A stretch of 64,000 nt of DNA from Phoronis australis (Eukaryota; Animalia; Phoronida): contig NMRA01000496.1 in the NCBI GenBank assembly GCA_002633005.1, positions 1,005 through 65,004 of the forward strand, given 5' to 3'. A program made the translations under genes and the position numbers. The stretch's first letter is position 1. Each line of letters begins with the position of its first letter. Below are positions 26,358 through 37,230 of the stretch, one piece after another. The notes below the pieces were generated by a model that made no database searches, was not told the origin of the DNA, and saw nothing but the letters and a program-made list of their open reading frames with translations.

Positions 26358-26456
26358 CTTGTTGACAACTGTGACGTCACCATCCTTTTCCACGAGGAGT
26401 TTCACAACGTCCAGATGGCCGTATTCACAAGCACCGTGCAGCGGTGTGTCGCCATT
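26358..26456 (-). CDS. Ankyrin repeat exon 5
   Basis: tttgatgtag|...AACAAG|gtaaaa; 99 bp, phase 0->0. Encodes NGDTPLHGACEYGHLDVVKLLVEKDGDVTVVNK. Confidence 0.95.
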
Positions 26457-28845
26457 CTACATCAAATAAAACAGGCTTAAATAAACAAATACGAGTACAA
26501 AGCGAGATACTTATCTGCATGTATACAATGTAACAGGACATGGTTGGGTAAGTGGCAATGCTTTAGCAGTTTCACGCAAATTGTAAACGAACATTGACAT
26601 GTCTTAAACCGAAATAAAAACGACCTAGTTATAATCCATCACTTCCCACGAACTTATTGAACAAAGCGATTTTCCGCTTGGTCAACAGAGCGACAAAAAC
26701 AACACCTTCAGTGAAGATGTGAAAAAATAAACCCACAAGGAAAATCAAACATAACAATACGGTTAATTACCAGGAACCAAAGTGAAACTATTCTCATTTA
26801 TCCTGCTTACATGTTCAGTAATAATTTTCTGATCAACGTGTATTTAATTAGCTGTTGCCACACCAGCATCTTTCTTCTCGGAATATTCCATGTCGCCGAC
26901 CACCATTGGACATGCACGACTGAGTACCGGTAGCAATCGGTTAGTCACGTACATGTACAACTCCCGGAAACCAAGCCGAGCGTTTAGTTTCTAATTAAGG
27001 ACGTATTCAATACATTAGTTAAAAACTCCATTACTATTTAGCCTATTGGTCCACTTCACAGAGCATGTCTAATGTCTGCAACTCGTACGGATTGTCAATG
27101 TTTCCGTAAACATACATGTACCGTAATCCACGGAATACAAGGCCATGACCTGATGGTACTGTATAGCCGTTTACTGGAACATAAGGCCACAGCTGTATAG
27201 GATGGGTCATTTCTATTTTAAAGTGCTCTGTAAAAGTTCGTTACTTTGCCTATAATGCCATAACAAACGTAGCACAAAAACGTGTAAAAGAATGCGCGTG
27301 ACAATATTATTAATAATGTTAAAATAATGATGATTAAGTTAAGTAAAACAAGATACGTGTGATCACATCGCACAACACCATACAGCACAGCTACTCCGCA
27401 CCCAGACAGTGTTCAGTGTTTGCCATTTCGGAATTCGCGGCATAGTTTGCTTGCCATTTTATTGTTCTTTACCATTACATAAAGTTTTTGTCCTGATTGG
27501 TAAGCCAGAATAACGCCATTGCCTTACATAGTACGGGTCATTTGCATTTTAGTGTTCTAAAATGCATTATACGTTTAGTTCCGCACGGATGTAATGTACA
27601 TCGTTTGTTCAAAGAAAAATGCTTAAATATTCCACAAGCACTAGCAATGGATCATCCGCCTTAAATTAAGCGATTTTTTCAGGGTTGGTACATTTTCAGT
27701 ACTTTTCATTTAACAAAAAATTGCAAAATTGAATAAACGTCAATGTTTGCCAATTAGTTTTTCAAATTTAACAAAACAAAAAGTAAAGGAGCCATGTTCC
27801 TACAGCTCAACACGGTTGTGGAATTGCGTGACGCAGAAACTTCAAATTGTAAAATTGACAAATAATTAAGCAAAACCAAAACGTTCGAGTTATTATTCAT
27901 TTGAATCAAGTCCCCCGGGATTAGCGGAGAGTTTACTCTAGCCGAACAGAGATAAGAGACACTTTCAGTCAGAACTGAAAAGAAATAGATATCAGAGAAA
28001 AATCAAACACGTTAATCATGTACGTTATCGACACTTTAAAAATTAAACCACTTCCACTGATTTGGATTTTATCGAGCAACAGTTTGACAATTACTTTGTA
28101 ATAGCCAAGCTTTTCAACGGCAAGTGCTACACCAGCGTCTTTTTGCGGAATAGTTCGTTTCGCCGACCATCTTCTTTTCACCGATGTGATCTTCCGCTAC
28201 TTGAAACCGATATGCGTTTTCAAATTTTATATGATCCAATAATCAAGCCGTGTTTTAATTTTAATTTCAATTGAAGGACTATCCCAATACACAATTTCAG
28301 AACAACATAACTGTACAATATACCTCGATTATCAATTAGCATTCAGTTGGCAATTTATTTTAATTTCACGTCCCAGCTTCTCTTATTCTTTCGTTACTTG
28401 TTCAGGTCCATGCATATCTTCAGCTGTGCGTTTGTATAAAAAATCGCTCGAACTTCCTACTAGCAATCGACCACCACTCTTAAAACTGAGTGTTCTAGCA
28501 TCGTCATTGGTACATCTTCAGAACCTTGCCTTTAAAGCAACATGTCAACGTTTAACAAGTTGTACTTGAAAAGTCCATTTTCACTCACGAAATCTTTTAC
28601 TCCTGTTCACGACGGCAGACTCAGTGAAATTGGCAGAGTCTGCAGATTTGAAATTTTTCGCTTTAAAATCAGTATGGACAAGATTGCACGATGTTCTGCA
28701 GCCGTTCTGCGACAGATTCGCGTGCGAACTGAGGGTGTCGGATACCAATCTTTGGAGTTTCTAACCAAATGTATTGTCGAAACATTACGAGTCACAATCA
28801 TTTTGCCAAGGTTCAATTCTATTGGACATACACAATGTGTGGAAT

Positions 28846-28870
28846 CATAGACTATAGTCTATAATCTAGG
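28846..28870. mobile_element. 25-bp fused-TIR remnant with 7-bp TSD (probable P-type excision footprint)
   Basis: GTGGAAT|CATAGACTATAGTCTATAATCTAGG|GTGGAAT. The first 13 nt are identical to the element end at 59738. Confidence 0.7.
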
Positions 28871-31800
28871 GTGGAATGCAGTTGCAGACAATTTCGTGTT
28901 TGACTTCATAAAACGTCAATAATGTATGCACAAACCGGAAGCGTTCGGACTTTACGGTGGTGGAGAATAAGGAAGACGTGCAATTTCTTTACCGAGGGTC
29001 AAATTGAGCGGAAACATCATACTTCAGTTTTACTTCAGATTGGTGCAGAATGTGCAACTTGGGAATCCAGAATCTGTGATTTTTTGAAGATTTATGAAGC
29101 TGCTTCATCAAAGGACACCCAGGGTCGGTATTTGGCGCCCGCAGAGAGCGCACCCCTCACGATGTTCTTTTTAGCTTAGTTACTGGAAAATCAGTTCTTT
29201 GATAAAATACATGATTGTTAACTGAACTACAAACTCAAAGACGAGAGTCAGTTACGTCTTTTGTGTAGTCTATACCTGTATGACATCCACACTAAATTTA
29301 CATATTATAATGTTTCAATAATATGACTTTGGACGGGTGAGGAAAGCGAAGACACTGTTGACAACCGTAATCATAAAAATGACCTAACTTCTTAATAAAT
29401 TATGAAAACAGCCATAATTTGCATTACTGTAAACAAGAGACACTGCCACTTATTTTACGATTGTTATGTTGCTAAAGAGTCTGCACTGTGAAAAATAAAA
29501 ATATAACTTAGTTCCTGACAAATAGTCAATGTTACTTAGATCACTTCCTGTCATAGTTGTCAGTGTTGGAGAAAGAAAAGTGACAACTTGATAGCAAAAA
29601 AATCTGGGTCTGGTAAAAGAACGAGTGAAATGATTGCAGCAACAGAAGAAACTAACCTACAGCGTTTTTGTCGAACGAAGATTACGAGTGTCGCAACGCC
29701 AAAGCGCAAGAAATTTTTGAATTTAGTCGACTGCAAACTTAAACACGTTGTTTACTCAGTTTATGAATGATAGCTACTGAGTCATAGCTCACGAGTATTT
29801 GACGACGCACCAAGGTGTGTTCGACACCTAGATTGTACAATGTATTTTTACAAAGCGCACACTACCTGTATGATGGTGACATTTTTCAATCAGATTTGTC
29901 ATTTGCATTTTTTACTTAAAGAGTGAGGCAAAATGCTGCTAAGCCCGTCAAGATGCCCAACAACTTCTACACGAATATATCCACCTAGGTCCGAATAAAA
30001 ACACCTTGACCAACTAAATTCAACTGCAACTGAGCAAACGAAATAGTCTGTTAATCCCTTGCGAGTTTGTAAAAACCTGGGAAAGCGAGGATTCCACTCC
30101 TTGATTTTGTTTCTCGTTTTATTGATCTAAAATTAACAGTTTTTGCTCTACTGAAGTCATGTTTTTGAACTTGGGTAATAAATATAATTTCCATGTTTAC
30201 AAGTGAAGTCAACCTCACCGACACATGAACACCATCGAGACTCACATACCGCTATCTTTTGTTTTAACAACAAAAAAGGGCATTAACCTGAACTTTTGAA
30301 ACATAAAAAATACCATCTCGGTGATATATTTGTCGATTTCAAGGTTTTTAGTGAAGCAGGCACCCACTCGTAATCAATCTATTTTGATGCAAGATATTCC
30401 GGCATCAATTTGAATTCTTTCAGCTTGAATTTGGTGAACTTAAATAATTGTATCGATATTATAAGGGCAAAAAACGTGTCACTTATAACAAGCAGTCGGT
30501 ATTTATAGTTTTGTTACTGCATGTGGCGATTACGAAGGGATTCTCAATGCAAAATTCCCGACATCACTGGCTTGCGCGAGAGGAACTTAAAAGAATACTA
30601 CATAGAGCAGAAATAACAGTTTTTATGAAAATGGCGTTCACAAACACATTTCATGGCTTATAAAGAAATAAATGGCGCTTCGATTTAATAATAGAAATTA
30701 AATATGTACAGAACTGGTTTTAAAGCAAGATGAAGGTCTTTTTGATGGAATAGGTCGTTGGTAAATGAAGAAATCCTCAAACTCAGAGTATCCTGTGAGC
30801 ACTACCCACAAAACTGTAAAATCAGTTCCGAACATCAGGTGTATTCATTCTCCAATGTGGTGGACCTCAGATAAGTTCCTACATCATTTTGAAGTTCCTG
30901 TTGTACATTTTAAAAGCAGTAAATGAGATATTTGGACTGGTTAATGTATGTTTGACACATGAAACTTTTGATAACGTGGCCACCAACACAAATCACGTCC
31001 AGACCTAATCAAGATGTTTCAAAAAGAAATCACGTACGACAACACAAGCCCCACGTTGAAATGATGAAATACATCCTTATAACCTTAAAAGTTTCCGCAA
31101 CTAAACAATAAAACTTGCTGACATATCAAGAAGACGAGAGATCAACAAAATAAACACCATACCGTATTTTTGAGACGAGTGAAGCAGACGACAGGTATAA
31201 AACACGGTACTGTTTCCGACAACAAAATTCATGCAAAAATCGTAAACAAACCAGCTTCAGTGTATACACAATTTAAAGCACCTGCACATGTATACACAAA
31301 CTTTGAATTTACATATTGTATTGTGGACCACAGCTCGTTTACTAGGTTCACAGTGCTCGGCTTGGCACCGTGATAAAAGGACTTGTGCTTTCGACGGACT
31401 ACCTGGGACTTTGCCTCAGTCACGCCCTAGATTTCAACTTCATAGAATAGTAAATCCGACCATGGCAGGAACATACACGGTTGTTTGGTGGTTTTGAAAT
31501 ACATGTACAGTTAAGCCACGGGGTTAAAACACACGGATAAATTGATTGCTAAATAATCGTTATATTGAAACAAGCGAGACTAAAACCTTCAGAAATTTTC
31601 TAAACGCGCATTTGATTCCTTGCAGTGACTCGAATATAAACCTGCATGTTTTATAAATAATGAAGCGAGAAAATCTGAACCTGTGGCTGTTGTCTATTTT
31701 TATTTCGTGCCGAATTATCGCGATTAGACAATCTGCTTTGATCCATTGAGTGTTATGGGAAGGTACATGCAGTGAAGAAGTGACTTTTTTGTGTAACTCT

Positions 31801-31925
31801 ACGCAGGAGACAGATCATTTTTGACGACATATTTATTACAAGTGAATAGTGTTCGAACTCATAGTACATTTAAAACACATTTATTACAGTCTCAGCTAAA
31901 CAAGAGTACAACACTCTTGCAATAC

Positions 31926-32027
31926 CTTGTTGACGGTATTGACGTTGCATCCGCTTTCCCTGCACAGTAGTTTCACTACCTCTGTATGTCCACCTGCAGA
32001 TGCCTTGTGCAGCGGTGTGTCACCCCA
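31926..32027 (-). CDS. Ankyrin repeat exon 4
   Basis: cttactgtag|...AACAAG|gtattg; 102 bp, phase 0->0. Encodes WGDTPLHKASAGGHTEVVKLLCRESGCNVNTVNK. Confidence 0.95.
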
Positions 32028-32576
32028 CTACAGTAAGTGAACAAAAATAGATAATGTTGATCAGCATTATACAGTAGTGATGTGAGTGGGTGAACAGGTC
32101 GAGTTTTATACTTTTCCAGTTTAAACTTTAACATCAGTTGCAATACTGATGGAGGGTGTGACTCAACAGGACAGATTAAAACCTGACATTTAAACTCAGA
32201 CATAACTTGCGCGGGATTTTTAAAAAGTTCCTCTGACCTGATATAGTCACGTGATTGAAAAGAGTGTTTTAAATATCACAACTTGATCTTATACATTACA
32301 ACAGAGAACATTCATTTAATGAGTGCTGTGGAAATGCAAGTAAAGAACCACATCACTGTGCAAGTCTAGGTGAACTAAAACTGTTTATAATTAGTTAAAG
32401 TCGCGTGCACGTCACGTCACGTGCGGTGGAATGCAACAAAAATGTCAATGTTTAAAATGAAATCATAAATCACGATTAATTAAATCATTGAATGATTCAG
32501 CCAAGTCACATGTTGTGTGTTCATCACGGTGTGTAAACAACTAGTTCAACTAAACAACCTGTGTGTCATTACTTAC

Positions 32577-32678
32577 CCACTCATCACGTACATCTACACT
32601 GGCCTTGTTGGCCAACAGCAGCTTCACTGTGTCTGTATGACCACCCTCTGCTGCCTCGTACAGCGGTGTCCGGTCATC
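32577..32678 (-). CDS. Ankyrin repeat exon 3
   Basis: attacatag|...GAGTGG|gtaagt; 102 bp, phase 0->0. Encodes DDRTPLYEAAEGGHTDTVKLLLANKASVDVRDEW. Confidence 0.93.
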
Positions 32679-33038
32679 CTATGTAATATATAATGGAGAT
32701 GTGGGAATGGACGATCAACGTTTAGAGCTAAGTAACATACACGGGGGAACGTGAACTTGTAAGGTGACATAAATGAAACATTACGGACCCCTCTAAGACG
32801 CTACAATACTTGTAATGAATTCAAGAATCAGGTGTTACAGATTTTAAAACGTTACAGAGCATGTTACAACTCTACGCAGCTTTGGTTCTTCACCAAGAAA
32901 AGCAGACGACATTGAACTTGTCATTGTTTTAGGACAATAAATTGTGAAAAATATCAACAAAACTTGTTCCTAAATAGTTTTAATCATCGTGTTTGTTAAC
33001 AACTAGCTCAACTAAACAAACTGTGTGTCATTACTTAC

Positions 33039-33137
33039 ATCATCACGTACATCTACACTGGCCTTGTTGGCCAACATCACCTTCACTATGTCTGTATGAC
33101 CACCCTTTGCTGCCCAGTGCAGCGGTGTCTGGCCATC
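33039..33137 (-). CDS. Ankyrin repeat exon 2
   Basis: attacatag|...GATGAT|gtaagt; 99 bp, phase 0->0. Encodes DGQTPLHWAAKGGHTDIVKVMLANKASVDVRDD. Confidence 0.95.
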
Positions 33138-33702
33138 CTATGTAATATATAATGGAGATGTGTGAATGGACGATCAACGTTTAGAGCTAATTAACATACA
33201 CGGGGGAAAGTGAACTTGTAAGGTGACATGAATGAAACATTAGTAACCCCTCTAAGACGCTACAATACTTGTAATGATTTCAAGAACCAAGTGTTGCAGA
33301 TTTTAAAACGTTGCTGTAAGAACAGAACATGTTGTAGACGTCCATTGCCAGAAATTACAGAGTTCCTCCATAACTTGACAGCGATCCCGCCATGTTGTAT
33401 TTCTTCACCGATTTTCTGGCTTCGCGTTTAATATAAAGTTGTAATGTTGAATGGACGATTGTTATTAAGAATAGAAAAGTATCAACTTTAAGTCGACAAA
33501 TATATTGTTGACACAATTCAAACCTCAATTTTTCTTAAGATGCATGTACACAGTACAGACTGAAAAATATTTGTTGAAATCATGAGATATGAAAAGTGTA
33601 TTTACACACAAAATATTTCGTTAAACTTCAGATAGTCTACAGCTTTTGTAACAAAGATAACATTGTCTTAATTCTAATGTCGTCTCAAGTAATTGCTATT
33701 AC

Positions 33703-33798
33703 CCAGTCTAGCACTTCTACATCGGCCCCACCCTGCACCAGCACCCTCACCACCTCCGTCCTGCCCCACACTGCTGCTATGTGAAGTGCTGTCAGGCC
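33703..33798 (-). CDS. Ankyrin repeat exon 1 (first recognisable)
   Basis: ttgtttctgcag|...GACTGG|gtaata; 96 bp, phase 0->0. Encodes GLTALHIAAVWGRTEVVRVLVQGGADVEVLDW. Confidence 0.93.
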
Positions 33799-34589
33799 CT
33801 GCAGAAACAATGAACAAGTTATAGCAAACTTCACAATCACTAACTTCACTGTGAATCTTAATTACTTGTCATGCAAAGGTTGAAATATCACAATTGTACA
33901 CAGATTCTCTGTTAATTTGATATGAGTAAAAGATTTAATTAAATTTTCCTTTGTTAGCCACCTGAACGGGTATTTTGCTAAAAATAATTCTTAACACAAA
34001 ATACGATATAATAAACAGCAATGTTGAAGCTAATGTGCTCTGTATGAAAGCAGCGATTATAAGGTTAAAACTTACGGGGTCGCCTGATATTCTTAGTATA
34101 TCTACCCGAATACCTGATGGGTGCATCAATTGAAAAAGACGTCCAGTTTCACTTCTGCCCGAGGTCCAAAATAGTTTCTAACGAATTTGGGTCATTAACA
34201 AACAGGAACGAAATTATGAAAAAGCATCAATACCTGATTGAAATGATATTGGAATTGGCTATTATTAAAATACAACTGAAGTATGAAGTAGTTTAATGAA
34301 TATTCAATTAGGCAATCTTTGGTAGGCCTATATGGTGTTTTACTGATTAGGAACAAATGCAGAGAGAACACATTCAACTTGTCAATGACTTGGTAACTGG
34401 TAAAACCTCCTAGAAAAGAATACATGTAAACCCTTCTCTACAAATTAAGCACATGATGAAACACATTTTACCAAAACCATTCTTCTAATAAGACTGATGG
34501 TCAATCAATCACGTGGTTCACATATTGCCGAAAATACAAACGAATTGTTCTGATGTTCTGAGTCTCCAGACGTCGAGGCAGTGGTTTGG

Positions 34590-34740
34590 CCAAGCGAACT
34601 GCTGCTTTTAAAAAGAGCGCTTTGCCGGCCAGTTTTCGCGTGTACACGCGATAAAGTGATACATTGGCCTGTTCTTGAATATATATAAAGGGGCATTTCC
34701 TTATCACAAGGAGCCAATTAAAGAGACTACGACCATGACA
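34590..34740. repeat. Inverted copy of 37040-37166 + 40976-40990 (the empty LINE target)
   Basis: The reverse complement reads ...gtctctttaattggctccttgtgataaggaaatgcccc...ttcaagaacagg...gtgtacacg.gaaaactg...ggcaaagcgctctttttaaaagcagc, matching both flanks of the LINE. Confidence 0.8.
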
Positions 34741-35089
34741 AATATCATGAAACGTACTGCATCTTGAGTTTATCGACACGCGTTTGACATTGTAAATGCT
34801 GTGTTTCGGCATGGACACTATTTTCAAACTTGCTTAAAAAGTTTGACAAGATCAATGACTTACCTTATTCAACATTTTGTTTTTGATGTTGCGTAAAGAA
34901 CGGAAAGTCAAAAATATGCGGTGTCCAAGACTTTCATATTCAGTACGGAACGATCACGACCTTTTTATGACAAGCAAACAAGGACTACAAAAAAGTCAAC
35001 ATCAACATAAGCTGCCTCTACTTGCCTACGGCCACTTGGACCCGACGGTGACTTGGATAAAATATAGAAAACAGACGTATAAATAACGT

Positions 35090-36760
35090 GCAAAAATGCA
35101 AAATTATGCGTCATAGAGTCATATCCTCCATACCAAAAATAATGATAAAATGTTGCACCGCAAAAGTTAAATTTATCTTTTAATCAAATTCTCATGAAAT
35201 TACCATCTCGCCTAATACAGAGGAGTTCACTTTCCCCTTGTTAATAAATTTACAGAAAAATCACACATTTGCAGTTGACAGATTTTATTTTTGAAATTTG
35301 GAAATAAAAGAAAATGCTCTGTCATCAACAGAAATTAAAAATATTTACGAACAAAACTGAAAAAGACCAGGTGAGCTGGTTGAAATGTGTTTCAGTGGTG
35401 AAGAATTACATCCAATATTTCAATTTAGTTTGCTTATCGGGTTCCAAGCCTCTAATAAAAGATAATTTGGGAGTTAATAACTAGACATGCATTTGCAGGT
35501 CAACACTGCATTTCATTTCACTGAAATGTTCAAAACCAACATTTGAGCATTCAATGGCTTCTGAGTTAAATCAAGCAACGCAATAGCGATCGTTTCAATT
35601 GTGTTGAGAAATAAATTTTTAGTTCACAATATATTAGTGACTATTAGAACAGAGAATCTGGTTTAAAGATCAAGAATTGGCCCATGTCGCTTCTTACTTT
35701 ACAAGCGTAATTCCCAGACCCGAGTGTTCACTAGTTACATGTACCTACAGCAGGGTGATAATCACTCGTAGTGATTAATTTCATGACCCACTTTCATCAA
35801 ACGAGAGACAATGAAATTTGAAAAGTCAGCCACACAACCATGACAAGAACGTCTCTCATTTAAAACACAGTTGCGTCGTCACCGTTAACTAACAGCTATT
35901 ATTGAGCACATTCTCCACGCGTTAGAATGTTGCAGTAGTACAACTGTACAGACTCAAAGTCTCATGCAAGCTGAGGATTTGGCCACCGGTATCAACTTGC
36001 AATGTGCGGCTTGGAATTTCAAACATATGATTAGTGAGTTTTTATATATACATGTACATTTCTGGCAGATACATGGCAAATATGGTGCAATTCCCATGGA
36101 TCCTACTATCATTTACTTGTTGCCAAACGAAGTTCAAAGGAACACTAACATTAATGTATTGGCTGTAAACACACATGTATCGCGTGAGTATGAAATAGTG
36201 CTGAATACGTGATCACTGGTCACAAAACAGCGATGTATCCAGTAATTCTGTGACGATTAACTGAACAAATTATATGGTGGAAAGGCGTATTGTTTTAAGT
36301 ATTGTGTTGAGATATGTCCAATTACAATATCCTGGACAGTACCGTATTGCTACACTGTTCGGTCCCGTTGTTTGAGGTAAATGCAGGGAATCTTGTTTTG
36401 GAAATATCAGGCAACAGCCTGTTTGAACATGTGTCACATTTTTTCTTTTCATCGCAAACGACATCAAACGACTGAATGACAACCCTAGGCATACTAATAG
36501 CCGAACCTCAGCCACGACTTGGGTTTCAGCAGACCAGTTTTGGGCTGCAAACTATTGCAAAGTAGACGCGACATTTATCGGAACAAGCACCCAGTGCTCT
36601 ATAAATCACCACCTTTAACTCTTGAACATCTTCAATAAGGCGCCAATAGCTATGGCAAGTGCCCACCTTTCCTTTATCTCTCTAAAATTAATTTTCAAAA
36701 CTTCAAGACGCGTTTAAAAAGCGCTAAACGGACCAAAGTTTGGAGTCGCAATGTTTTATG
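35090..36760. repeat. Old direct duplication, copy 1 (copy 2 at 41270-43210)
   Basis: Ordered shared blocks: gcatttg...gtcaacactg; actgtacagac.caa...tcatgc.agctgag..ttggccac; acatgtatcgcg; gcctgtttgaaca; acaaccctagg...actaatag; aacaagcaccca; ggaccaa.gttt.gagtcgca. Confidence 0.75.
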
Positions 36761-36775
36761 TTTGCAGTGGTCGTC

Positions 36776-36792
36776 AGGGTTAGGGTTAGGGC

Positions 36793-36823
<31 letters not shown>

Positions 36824-36890
36824 CTTAGGGTTAGGGCTTAGGGTTAGGGTTTAGGGTTAAGGTTAGGGTTAGGGTTAGGTTTAGGGTTAG
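36776..36890 (+). repeat. Interstitial telomere-like (TTAGGG)n array with CTTAGGG/TTTAGGG variants
   Basis: About 115 bp of TTAGGG units are directly visible. Confidence 0.95.
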
Positions 36891-37230
36891 AAATATGGTT
36901 CTCCTCTCCTCCGTCTTGAAAAGACGTGGCAGTGGTCTGGCCAGGCGAAGCGTTGCTTTCAACCCCATTTAAAACGTCTGTACGTCAAATGAATGTCAAA
37001 CAACTCAAATAGAAGAATTATAGCTTTATGGTGATTGGCCATGGTCTCTTTAATTGGTTCATTGTGATAAGGAAATGCCCCTTTAAATATTTTCAAGAAC
37101 AGGCAAATGTATCAATTTATCCCGTGTACACGTGAAAACTGTAGCCTAAGGCAAAGCGCTATTTTTCAAATTCACATTCAAATTCATGTATTTCAACATT
37201 TAAGGCCTTGGACCACATGTTACATAAAAT

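Larger units (their letters stand above)
32520..33313. repeat. Tandem duplication (about 460-bp period) of an ankyrin exon with flanking intron
   Basis: 32520-32853 and 32983-33313 align across exon and intron, with about 11 differences in about 175 nt of the upstream intron (hand count). Confidence 0.95.
2429..33798 (-). other. Multi-exon gene model (partial): ankyrin repeats + ZU5/UPA-like + death effector domain
   Basis: Nine exons with AG/GT boundaries lie on the minus strand in a sensible domain order (listed separately). The first exon, last exon and the phase 0->1 linker exons are not securely identified, so it is inferred, not shown, that the DED exons belong to the same transcript. 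Confidence 0.6.

Noticed and set aside
36776-36890. True chromosome end
   Set aside because: The array is only about 115 bp, degenerate and flanked by non-telomeric sequence on both sides.
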